From contig NC_010628.1 of assembly GCF_000020025.1 (NCBI RefSeq), positions 3,210,001-3,242,000 on the forward strand: DNA of 32,000 nucleotides, in the 5' to 3' direction. Below the pieces are notes generated by a model. The model ran no database searches. It was not told the DNA's origin and saw only the letters and a program-made list of their open reading frames with translations. This document shows positions 9,466 through 17,111 of the stretch, piece by piece (within the stretch, counting starts at the first letter, position 1; every line of letters starts with the position of its first letter). This DNA comes from Nostoc punctiforme PCC 73102. Lineage in GTDB: Bacteria > Cyanobacteriota > Cyanobacteriia > Cyanobacteriales > Nostocaceae. Position numbers and translations under genes: made by a program.

Positions 9466-12400
9466 GATCTTTGTATCAAAACTCCTAAATCATATAATTC
9501 TTTTCTAATATCTGTCACTGTTTGAGTAGCTGCTTTTTTGGCATCATCTCCATTAAAATTATTGACAATCGAGACTGGTACATTTGCCTCCGTTGGTGTT
9601 GATAGTTTTTGTTCTACTAAGGTATTGAGTTTATTCACTGCCTCAATAATTCCCGCTTGCCCCAAAGTATTTAAATCTTGGGAGGATAGTTTTTGTGGTA
9701 GCTTATAACCAAACTCCTGAAACCTACTTAATTGATCCTGACGGAACTTTTCAAAATCAGGGAATTGTAATTGTAAAGATGGAGTTTCAGGATTGATTCT
9801 GTTGGCGACTCGATCCGCTCTAAACTGCTGCAAAGGTTCAAGCGTACCCTCTCCAAGAAAGCGAGATTTGGTTGCTGCAACAAACGCTTCCCCTGTGCTA
9901 CCAACTTCATCTCTCCCTACACCCAGCGCACGGGATAAGGAGCGATCGCGGATATCGCGCAATAACCGCCGTCCTTCCCTTGGGTTAAGAGATTGAGCAA
10001 ATTCTACCTGTGCTTGGTCGCGCTGTAAAAGCGATCGCTCATTAAAACTTTGCTTTTCTAATCCCCCTAGTGTTGATTGAATTTTTCCCTGCTGGTCTAA
10101 CAGTCTCCCCGCGAACTTAGTACTAATTGCTTCCTCTACCTTTGCTTGCAAATTAAGCTGTGCAGCTTCAATACTTTGGGGTGTGGCATTGGGGTCGAGT
10201 TGGGCTTTTGCAAGGTCGGATTGGGCTTGAGCAATACCAGCTTTACTTTGCGCTTGGGATACACGATTACGAATTTTCTCTTGTTCTAATTGTGCTGCTT
10301 GCTGGGCTAAATTTAAATCTAGTACCTGACCTTCTATAGTTAGTTGCCTCTCTAGAGATTGAATTTTAATAGCTGCAATTAGTTGAGCAATGTCTTTTCT
10401 TTGGCGGTCATTTTTAGATAATTCAGAGGCGATTTGCAATTCACCTGTAACAAAATCTACCCGCCCTTTGACGAAGGTTTGAGTGGCTTGTAGTACGCTT
10501 TTTTGCTGGTCGTAAGCTTTGGATACAGCTTCACTCTGTTGGATTTGAATTTGTCCCGCTAGGTTAATTCGCTGGGATGCTAATTCAATATCCTTAACCT
10601 GCTTTTCGATACCCGCTTGCACCTCACGGCGACGGGTAAGGGTTAGCTCAATTTGGGCATCAGTTTGCGCTATTCCTTGTTTTATGTTTAATTCCTTTTG
10701 GGAATTCTCAGCAATTTGAGACTGCTGAACTTTGGAGCGTTCAAGGCGATCGCCCTGTTCTTGTAACAAATCTGATTGCTGTTGCGCCCCTTGTATCTGT
10801 AGCTCAATAGCTTTGATTTCTTCAGGCGATCGCTTATCTCGATTCGCCCTAATTAACTCTAAATTTAACTCCGCCAATTGGCGTTGATTTTCAATCTTCT
10901 GAATTCGGAGTTGAATTGTTTCCCGCTCTAAATTCAACTTGTTAATTTGGGTTTGAGTTGCAAGTGATACTTGCTCTTGCTGCTGAGTTACTGCCAGATT
11001 TTTAACTTTATTCTCGGCAATTTGGGTTTCAATTGCGGCACGCTTCTCTAAGTCTCCAGTGAATTTGAGTTGGTTTTGTAGTCCTGATTCAGTCGCCTGG
11101 TTGAGTACGCCCTGTAATTGATTAGCGGAATTTAGTAACTGCGATCGCTGTTCGATATCTTTGGATTGGGAATCAACACCACTGCTTTGGCGTTGTAAGG
11201 TGAGGGTTTGCAGTTGCGTAGTATTGGCAATGATGCGCTTTTGGCGTTCTTGTTCTAAGTTGAGTAGGCGCTCGACTTCTGCGGCTTCTTGCTGTCTGAG
11301 TTGAGAACGAGCGATCGCAATTTTGTTGCTGAGTTCTACACTGGTTTGACCTGATTTATTGAAGTCTTGAACCAAGTTATTGAGGCGATCGCGGGAAGCT
11401 TTAATCTGAATTTGAGATATCTGGGTTTGGGCATCTCGCTCAGTAATTTGGCGCTCAGACTGACGCGCTTTGATTTGTTCAATCTCAATATTAAATGCCT
11501 CCTGGCGCAATCCTCGCCGCTTCTCCAGTTGGCGATTATCTTCAGCCGTTACCGTTTGCTCGATTTGCACCCTAATGGCGGCTGCTTCTCTTTCTAACTG
11601 TGCCTTACGAACTGGGAATTGAGCATACTCCTTAATCTCAATTTCCTTTTGAATTAGTGTTTCTCTTATGCCTTGGAGTTGAATTTTGGCAATTTCTTTT
11701 TCAGCGTCTTCCGTACTGATTACTCTCTGTTGCTGCTGCAACTTAACTCGTTCAGCCCCTACTTTAAGTTCTTCTGAAATCTGTTTTGAATTCGATTGAG
11801 CAATCTCTGATATTTGTCCGGTAGCTGCAAGGCGATCGCTCTGGGATAACCTAAAGCCTTCCGTGCCATCGGGTAGTTTGATTTTGTCGTCTCTAACTGC
11901 TCTTAACCGTTTTATGACCTCTGCCTCTGCTGCCCCTGTAGGTGCAAACAACGGTTTACCGTCTTGGGTTGGCCCTGCTAGTTGCTCAAATAATCCACCT
12001 TGGTAAGATTCTAAAACCTGTGATTGCAATTGTGTCGCTTCATTTCTTAGAGTAGAAATATCTTTGAGGAATGGGGTAGCTTTGCCTTGGGCATCAAGTT
12101 TAAATTGTTGCCCAAAGTTAGCTTGAGCATTGCCCAAAGCTTGCCCCAAGTTCGACGATTCGGTGATTGCTCTTTTTAGTCCGGGAAGGGTTTCGGTATA
12201 GTATTTTGTAAACTCTTCCCGCCCTGCTTTGAGTGCTTCGTTGCGTTTCTCTAGGGTTTGGCGTTCGGTTTCGAGTAGTTTAATGCGATCGTCAAAAGTT
12301 GCCTTAAGCTCAGGGTCTTTGATACCCTCGGAGACTTTCTTTTGTTCCGCAATATTTTTCTCAATTCCAGAAATTAAATTTTCATTCCTGGCTTTTTGAG

Positions 12401-15400
12401 CATTGAAAATTTGATTTTCCCGCTCTAAATCATCAGCAGTTAGCTTTGTCCCCTTCCTTAGTTTTTCATTGGTTTCTGAAGTTAAACCCAACGCACTACG
12501 GTACTGATTAATTTTTTCCGCAGTGGCTAGCGATTGCTCACCTACAACATCAAGGGCTATTCCAGTCTGACTGAAATTTTGGATTAACCTATCAGATTCT
12601 CTATTTTGTCCAGTTTTGGACACCGCCCCTGCCGGATCTGTAAAGACAGTTGGGTTTGTCGTGAAAGCTGCTAGAGAATTTGCGGCAAGATCAATCGAAC
12701 TTCCAATTGTCCCAGGTATCCCCCCGAAAAATTCCCCAACGCGATCGCCAAATCCTTTTTCTGGCGTTCCGGTTGCACCTTGGCGAATTGCTTCTAGCTG
12801 AGATTTAAACTCCTCTAGTCCCTTAGTAGTTAATTGCCCCTGATCGCCTACTCTCGCCAAGGTTTCACGGAGTTGGTTGAATTGCCCAGTGGTTAGATCG
12901 CCGGATAATCTCAGTTGCTCAAGACGCGATTCTACCTGGGTTGCTGATGCATCGGGGACAATTTCAGCTTTGAATTGCAGTAAGCGTTTCTCCGTCCCAA
13001 ACTGCTTAAATAAATCTGTATCCTGTTTGAGGACTTCCCCTAACCCTGTGGCAGCTTCATTTGCGGCTTTTCGCAAGCCAAATAAATCTTCTCTGAATAT
13101 GGCGATCGCTGCTGCTCCAAGTGCAAGCAATGGGCCAAGCGGGCCAAGTGTACCCAGTAATCCTGAAATTGCATTGCCAGCTACACCAAAACCACCTTTA
13201 AGCAGATTGAGACTGCCAACTACCCCACCCTTAAGGACATTGGCGAGTAGTCCAGAACTACCAGAAAGCAAACCTTGCGCTGTTGCCAGCCCCCGTGTCA
13301 AACCTGTGTTGATAGTCTTGAGGCTGATTTCGGTCGTCAGTAATGTATTAATTGCCCCCAACGGGCCAGTGGTTCCGAATAATACGTTTCTGCCAAATAT
13401 CCGCGTTTGTGCAAGTCCTCGTTCTGCAAGTTCGTCAGCAGTTAAAACTACGGTGTGTGTGGCCGTTGCTGTAGTTGCAGATGCAAGTACGGTGGCTTGA
13501 GCAGCGATCGCCCCTGTTGCTTTTGTAGCTCCCTGTTTTACATTTTCATAAGCGATCGCTACCGTCGCCCCCGCATCAATAGACTTGATATTTTCAAAAC
13601 TAGAGGCTACTGCCTTCCCAACAATATCTGCCTCTTGCTTAATCCGCCCCAATCCAGATGCAAAGGGTTTACCATCAGCCCCTAATATTTGCGGTGGGGC
13701 AAAAGCCCCCACTGCTTCAGCAATCCCTAGACCAACATTTTTGGCACTTTGAGCAACTTCTCCCAAGGGGAGACGCGAAACGCGATCGGCTACTGCCTTC
13801 TTCCCTTGTTCTGCTGCACCTTTGGTATCGAGTCCGGTAAAGCCCGCAATGTTCTTGTTAAATACCTCACCCGCTTTGTTGCGAACTGCGGCGGCAGCTT
13901 TGGTGACAATATTTTGTTTCTCAAGCGCTCCCGTTGTTGCCTCTACACCAAGTCGAAACCGTTGGTCAATGCCAAATAGTTGTAATGCAACTGCTACCAG
14001 CCCTTTGCGCTGCACAATCAACTCTTTGATGACTGCCAACTCTTTCCCTAGTTGACCGGATAGCAGCAGTGAGATTGCCCTAACTTGCAAATAAGTTGAT
14101 GCCAGGGTGAGCATCGTTTGAAATAGGATCGTTACCGCGCTTGCTGTGGCGCGGGTCGTAATCTGAAATACGATAAACTGTCCAACTGCTTGCTTAACTG
14201 GTTCTGGTAGTCCGCTAAAAAAGTTAGCAATTTTTTCTAATACATCAATACCAGGTTCAAATACTGGGGCAACAGAAGCGGCGATTTTAATGATTAATTC
14301 TTGGAACTTGTTGGCGATTTGTTGAAATTTGGAGATGCGATCGCCTGTAGCAATTTTAAATACTTCATCTAAACTACTAGCACTTGCACTATTGACACTT
14401 TGCAAAGTAGATGAAAGCTTTTGCCCGTCTTGAGCGAGCAGTGCCAATACTGTACGGAATGCTACCTCTTCCGGGAAAATATCTTGCAATACCTTGGCAT
14501 TTCCACCGGCTGCTTTATTGAGATCGATCAGCGCTTGGGTAAAACCTTTGGCTTGAATTTCTGCTTGGTCAAAACGGATCTTTTGTCCATTGAGTGAGAG
14601 TTTATCAAGTGCCTTTTGCGCTTCTGGTGTCTTTTGAATGATAGTCCCAGCAATTCGCTGTACTCCGGTTAGTGCGGTTGCAGTATTCACCCCTTGAGTT
14701 GTTAGCACTGCTGTACTTGCGGCAAGGTCAGTTAATCCAATTCCTGCTGTTTTGGCGCTCGTCGCGGTTTGTCCAAATCCCAGTGATAACTCTTGGATTG
14801 TTGTCAAACCAGATTCAACAATACTATTTAAGATTGCGGCTGCTTTGCCGGATTCACCGGCTGATAACTGGTAGGCGTTAAGGGTTTTAGTCAGGAGTCG
14901 CAACGTTTCACCAGGATCGGCAGACGATCCACCAGCTTGCCCAATACCCACCAGCTTTAGCCCATTTGTTAAAACCTGTTGTGAGTCGGCGGCTTTGGTG
15001 AATCCTGACGATAAAACCTCGTACTGTCCGGTTAATGCATTTGTAGAGGAGACAGTATTGTTTAATTGCTTGTTTACAATATCCTGAACTTGGAAGGCGT
15101 TTTGTAACTGCTCTTGCTGGTTGGCGCGGAGAGCATTACCTGCTGCGTCAAAGTTAACGTTACTTCTAAGAATGGTTCCCGCACGGGACGCTGCTTGTTC
15201 AAATCTTCCTAAATTTTGTACTGCCGATATCGCAAAGGCATCTAATGAGGCTTCACTACCTTTAACGGCATCAGTGAGAGTGTAAAAGTCCTCAATACCC
15301 TGAGTACTAACCCCAGACGATCGCAACAAATCTAAAGTTTGCGGTATCCGAGCGTACACTGCCGCCGCATCCTGTACGCCCTTAGCAAAGGTGAGCGCCT

Positions 15401-15686
15401 GCCCACCAAGAAAGGTAATGTCAGACAGTGCAGAGAAAGTTTTAAGCGCCTTTGAATTGACATCAGCTAACTTTCCAATTGCGCCACCAAACTTTTGGGC
15501 ATTCTCAGTACCAAGGACAAATTGACCAATTGAAGACTCTGAAGCTTTTTGTAACCCTTTGAATCCCGCAGCTAGTGCAGCAGTACCGATGGTTAACCCT
15601 GTAAAACCAAGAGAAATATTGTTGACGGTAGCGATCGCGCCGTCATCAACTGCTTTCAATCTTAGGGTGGTAGTGGTATCTGCCAT
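9462..15686 (-). CDS. Tail tape measure protein (2074 aa)
   Basis: Giant ORF. The N-terminal third is A/G/T-rich and contains a hydrophobic glycine-zipper stretch (GGVVGSLNLLKGGFGVAGNAISGLLGTLGPLGPLLALGAAAIAIF). The rest is a Q/E/K/R/L-rich coiled-coil-like sequence. Coupled tail-tip genes follow. No sheath-sized ORF is present in the window. Confidence 0.9.
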   Translation of the reverse strand: MADTTTTLRLKAVDDGAIATVNNISLGFTGLTIGTAALAAGFKGLQKASESSIGQFVLGTENAQKFGGAIGKLADVNSKALKTFSALSDITFLGGQALTFAKGVQDAAAVYARIPQTLDLLRSSGVSTQGIEDFYTLTDAVKGSEASLDAFAISAVQNLGRFEQAASRAGTILRSNVNFDAAGNALRANQQEQLQNAFQVQDIVNKQLNNTVSSTNALTGQYEVLSSGFTKAADSQQVLTNGLKLVGIGQAGGSSADPGETLRLLTKTLNAYQLSAGESGKAAAILNSIVESGLTTIQELSLGFGQTATSAKTAGIGLTDLAASTAVLTTQGVNTATALTGVQRIAGTIIQKTPEAQKALDKLSLNGQKIRFDQAEIQAKGFTQALIDLNKAAGGNAKVLQDIFPEEVAFRTVLALLAQDGQKLSSTLQSVNSASASSLDEVFKIATGDRISKFQQIANKFQELIIKIAASVAPVFEPGIDVLEKIANFFSGLPEPVKQAVGQFIVFQITTRATASAVTILFQTMLTLASTYLQVRAISLLLSGQLGKELAVIKELIVQRKGLVAVALQLFGIDQRFRLGVEATTGALEKQNIVTKAAAAVRNKAGEVFNKNIAGFTGLDTKGAAEQGKKAVADRVSRLPLGEVAQSAKNVGLGIAEAVGAFAPPQILGADGKPFASGLGRIKQEADIVGKAVASSFENIKSIDAGATVAIAYENVKQGATKATGAIAAQATVLASATTATATHTVVLTADELAERGLAQTRIFGRNVLFGTTGPLGAINTLLTTEISLKTINTGLTRGLATAQGLLSGSSGLLANVLKGGVVGSLNLLKGGFGVAGNAISGLLGTLGPLGPLLALGAAAIAIFREDLFGLRKAANEAATGLGEVLKQDTDLFKQFGTEKRLLQFKAEIVPDASATQVESRLEQLRLSGDLTTGQFNQLRETLARVGDQGQLTTKGLEEFKSQLEAIRQGATGTPEKGFGDRVGEFFGGIPGTIGSSIDLAANSLAAFTTNPTVFTDPAGAVSKTGQNRESDRLIQNFSQTGIALDVVGEQSLATAEKINQYRSALGLTSETNEKLRKGTKLTADDLERENQIFNAQKARNENLISGIEKNIAEQKKVSEGIKDPELKATFDDRIKLLETERQTLEKRNEALKAGREEFTKYYTETLPGLKRAITESSNLGQALGNAQANFGQQFKLDAQGKATPFLKDISTLRNEATQLQSQVLESYQGGLFEQLAGPTQDGKPLFAPTGAAEAEVIKRLRAVRDDKIKLPDGTEGFRLSQSDRLAATGQISEIAQSNSKQISEELKVGAERVKLQQQQRVISTEDAEKEIAKIQLQGIRETLIQKEIEIKEYAQFPVRKAQLEREAAAIRVQIEQTVTAEDNRQLEKRRGLRQEAFNIEIEQIKARQSERQITERDAQTQISQIQIKASRDRLNNLVQDFNKSGQTSVELSNKIAIARSQLRQQEAAEVERLLNLEQERQKRIIANTTQLQTLTLQRQSSGVDSQSKDIEQRSQLLNSANQLQGVLNQATESGLQNQLKFTGDLEKRAAIETQIAENKVKNLAVTQQQEQVSLATQTQINKLNLERETIQLRIQKIENQRQLAELNLELIRANRDKRSPEEIKAIELQIQGAQQQSDLLQEQGDRLERSKVQQSQIAENSQKELNIKQGIAQTDAQIELTLTRRREVQAGIEKQVKDIELASQRINLAGQIQIQQSEAVSKAYDQQKSVLQATQTFVKGRVDFVTGELQIASELSKNDRQRKDIAQLIAAIKIQSLERQLTIEGQVLDLNLAQQAAQLEQEKIRNRVSQAQSKAGIAQAQSDLAKAQLDPNATPQSIEAAQLNLQAKVEEAISTKFAGRLLDQQGKIQSTLGGLEKQSFNERSLLQRDQAQVEFAQSLNPREGRRLLRDIRDRSLSRALGVGRDEVGSTGEAFVAATKSRFLGEGTLEPLQQFRADRVANRINPETPSLQLQFPDFEKFRQDQLSRFQEFGYKLPQKLSSQDLNTLGQAGIIEAVNKLNTLVEQKLSTPTEANVPVSIVNNFNGDDAKKAATQTVTDIRKELYDLGVLIQRS

Positions 15687-15691
15687 AGGAT

Positions 15692-15804
15692 AAGGCAGGA
15701 GGCAGAAGGCAGGAGGCAGAAGGTTTATCCTGTTGCGCTGGAATAGGTGGCAATTGGAAGTATTTGCTACTCCCTTCTGCCCTCTGCCCTCTGCCCTCTG
15801 CCTT
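15692..15804. repeat. Inverted pair of STRR-like heptamer arrays forming a long imperfect hairpin
   Basis: Left arm 15692-15723 is AAGGCAGGAGGCAGAAGGCAGGAGGCAGAAGG. Right arm 15772-15804 is CCCTTCTGCCCTCTGCCCTCTGCCCTCTGCCTT. Position-by-position pairing gives 27 Watson-Crick pairs, 2 G-T pairs and 3 mismatches over 32 nt, with a 48-nt loop. The hairpin ends 5 nt from the tape measure start codon. Confidence 0.85.
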
Positions 15805-15867
15805 TATTCCACTACAGTTTAGCTAGTGGTTGTATAAAGCACTAGAGGCTAGTCAATATTGTCATAT

Positions 15868-16044
15868 TTAAGATCCACTTTCGACCAATTCATAGAGAAG
15901 CGATCGCACTTTTTCTTGCCACTCTGGAATCGCTTGAATTTTTTCTAAAACAGATGGTTCAATTCTCAAGCTCAGTTTTGCGTCTCTGGGTTCTGCTCTG
16001 TCTGTAGTAAATTTTCCTTGATTATTTCGTATTTTTTGCATCAT
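15868..16044 (-). CDS. Putative ribbon-helix-helix (CopG/Arc/MetJ-type) DNA-binding protein, 58 aa (below the ORF-track cutoff)
   Basis: Hand translation gives MMQKIRNNQGKFTTDRAEPRDAKLSLRIEPSVLEKIQAIPEWQEKVRSLLYELVESGS, with the stop at 15868-15870. KLSLRIEPSVLEKIQAI fits an RHH beta-strand plus helix 1. GGAGGTGA lies directly upstream of the tandem ATGs (16048-16052). The gene is divergent from the 16227 gene. Confidence 0.5.
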   Translation of the reverse strand: MMQKIRNNQGKFTTDRAEPRDAKLSLRIEPSVLEKIQAIPEWQEKVRSLLYELVESGS

Positions 16045-16076
16045 TCACCTCCAATTACCTCTATTGTATGTCAGAA

Positions 16077-16090
16077 CCACGTCCCCGTGG
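16077..16090. promoter_or_regulatory. Operator-like 14-mer, copy 1 (CCACGTCCCCGTGG)
   Basis: The 5-bp arms CCACG/CGTGG are inverted around TCCC. It lies just upstream (in the minus sense) of a TACAAT-like -10 (plus-strand ATTGTA, 16063-16068) for the RHH gene. It matches copy 2 at 11 of 14 positions. Confidence 0.4.
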
Positions 16091-16148
16091 TATAGAGTCT
16101 TTTGATGGTAAATGGTTAAAAATACAAAATTATTTATGCAAAACTCTC

Positions 16149-16177
16149 TTTACATCCATGTCCCCACGGATTATAAT
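16149..16177 (+). promoter_or_regulatory. Near-consensus sigma70-type promoter (TTTACA - 17 nt - TATAAT) with operator-like 14-mer copy 2 in the spacer
   Basis: The -35 is TTTACA at 16149-16154 and the -10 is TATAAT at 16172-16177, with a spacer of exactly 17 nt. The spacer contains CCATGTCCCCACGG (16156-16169). The inverted repeat CATCCAT/ATGGATG (16153-16159 / 16176-16182) brackets the -10. An AAGGAGGTGA Shine-Dalgarno sequence (16213-16222) follows, 7 nt before ATG 16227. Confidence 0.55.
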
Positions 16178-16226
16178 GGATGCATGAGGGAAAAAGTTAC
16201 ACCCTCGAAATTAAGGAGGTGAGTAA

Positions 16227-16421
16227 ATGAGTCAATCAGGAAATGGAAAAAAAGAAGATGTTAAGCCGTCGGACATTGATATCTTCGAGAAGGTTGAAAA
16301 CGAAAACCCATTAACCGAAGACCAAAGGTGGTTCAAAGAGAACCTTGGTACAGGTGAACGGGAAATCGAGATCAACCCACCTGAGCTAGATGGTTCCGAG
16401 GATGAACCTCAAGAAGGCTAA
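16227..16421 (+). CDS. Small strongly acidic protein (64 aa; 19 D/E vs 7 K/R), candidate DNA-mimic/anti-defence protein
   Basis: Has an ideal SD (GGAGG, 7-nt spacing) and its own strong promoter, with a terminator downstream. The charge count was taken from the track translation. The function is inferred from composition and context only. Confidence 0.6.
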   Translation: MSQSGNGKKEDVKPSDIDIFEKVENENPLTEDQRWFKENLGTGEREIEINPPELDGSEDEPQEG

Positions 16422-16431
16422 TCCATAGTGA

Positions 16432-16539
16432 GGCAGCGCGGTCTTCTCCCAAAGGGAGAGGCTAACGCCTTTCCTTCGGAACGCTACGCGAACGCGGAGC
16501 GTCTCGTAGAGAAGGGGGTTTCCCCCAGGAGTGACTGCC
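16432..16539 (+). repeat. ~108-nt multi-hairpin element (dispersed cyanobacterial small repeat/MITE-like, or a structured RNA)
   Basis: The closing stem is GGCAG (16432-16436) / CTGCC (16535-16539). Five short hairpins lie inside it: TCTCCC-AAA-GGGAGA (16445-16459); TTCC-TTC-GGAA (16471-16481); CGCT.CGCG-AA-CGCG.AGCG (16482-16501); TCTC-GTA-GAGA (16502-16512); and GGGGG-TTT-CCCCC (16514-16526). It is CG-rich relative to its flanks. Confidence 0.5.
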
Positions 16540-16554
16540 GAACCACGAAGTGGA

Positions 16555-16582
16555 GAAAACCCCTACCCCAATAGGGGTTTTC
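16555..16582. terminator. Intrinsic-terminator-like hairpin with A-tract/T-tract (potentially bidirectional)
   Basis: GAAAACCCCT (16555-16564) pairs perfectly with AGGGGTTTTC (16573-16582), giving a 10-bp stem and an 8-nt loop. The GC core is followed by TTTT. It lies inside the GTG-started N-terminal extension of track ORF 16550..16927. Confidence 0.5.
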
Positions 16583-16615
16583 AATGCTTTACCCATTTTA
16601 TCAAATTCAGCGAGT

Positions 16616-16927
16616 ATGAATGATTGCACTATTGTTTATCCAAGCTACTTCCGAATTTTTGAATGCAGAGTAGGGCGCTGGTTCATTAAAGATACAGAAA
16701 TTTTCATAGGGACTGAAAACCCAATCAAAGATAATGATATTGCTGCGCTTTATGGCGTTACCGAGCAAGAGGTGGTTATCAACCTGTTCCGTGTCAATGG
16801 CGGGAAATCCGGTTTTTATCTCGCAAATTTGAAGGATAAAGGATATTACTACTGTGGGCAAAACAGGGAAGACCTAAAAGCCAAGCTGCGAACGCTTGGC
16901 ATTGGGCGCGAAGATCCGATCTCCTAA
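16616..16927 (+). CDS. Hypothetical protein (103 aa from ATG 16616; the track gives 125 aa from GTG 16550)
   Basis: In-frame ATG at 16616, downstream of the terminator-like hairpin. No family recognised. It ends 1 nt from the stop of the convergent 60-aa gene. Confidence 0.5.
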   Translation: MNDCTIVYPSYFRIFECRVGRWFIKDTEIFIGTENPIKDNDIAALYGVTEQEVVINLFRVNGGKSGFYLANLKDKGYYYCGQNREDLKAKLRTLGIGREDPIS

Positions 16928-16928
16928 A

Positions 16929-17111
16929 CTACCGCTTGTATTGCTGTTCTATTTCTTTGTCTTTTTTTAGTACGCCTTCCAGTTGCCTTGCGGCATCATC
17001 TGCTGGTTGGCGTTTTAAGTATTCGCACCCCATAAACATCACAAGTAGGGCGATCGCCGCACCCAGCGCTACCCATTGTTTTTTAGAAATATTTTTTAGG
17101 TCAAAATTCAT
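16929..17111 (-). CDS. Small single-pass membrane protein (60 aa)
   Basis: Hydrophobic segment WVALGAAIALLVMFMG, followed by Cys and a highly charged C-terminal tail. Could be a holin-like, lipoprotein-like or small-toxin-like peptide. Lies first downstream of terL. Confidence 0.5.
   Translation of the reverse strand: MNFDLKNISKKQWVALGAAIALLVMFMGCEYLKRQPADDAARQLEGVLKKDKEIEQQYKR

Noticed and set aside
12877-13500. A 207-aa plus-strand ORF lies antisense to the tape measure gene. Many other track ORFs are nested in or antisense to long genes, for example 1977..2264, 3256..3751, 4060..4248, 4765..5079, 8563..8822, 9728..9996, 13455..14055, 17474..18259, 25103..25503, 25758..26135, 26176..26943, 27227..28035, 30264..30935 and 31104..31689.
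   Set aside because: They lie entirely within much longer, well-supported ORFs on the other strand or in another frame. They have low-complexity, P/S/R-rich translations typical of antisense reading of biased codons. They lack plausible starts or coupling. I treat them as spurious.
15692-15804. The repetitive arrays here, at 22982-23023 and at 27439-27466 might be CRISPR arrays.
   Set aside because: The units are contiguous 7-nt tandem repeats with no spacers and no cas genes. They match STRR-type heptamer repeats instead.
16432-16539. The multi-hairpin element might be a tRNA, a tmRNA fragment or a retron msr-msd RNA.
   Set aside because: The stems are 4-6 bp with 2-3-nt loops and do not form a cloverleaf with 7-nt anticodon and T loops. 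There is no reverse transcriptase nearby for a retron. A dispersed repeat or a novel structured RNA remains possible, and this is reported as a finding.
16550-16615. The GTG start at 16550 for the 125-aa track ORF.
   Set aside because: The first 22 codons would span the 10-bp terminator-like hairpin (16555-16582) that ends the upstream transcription unit. An in-frame ATG at 16616 lies just beyond it. The shorter 103-aa version is preferred but unproven.
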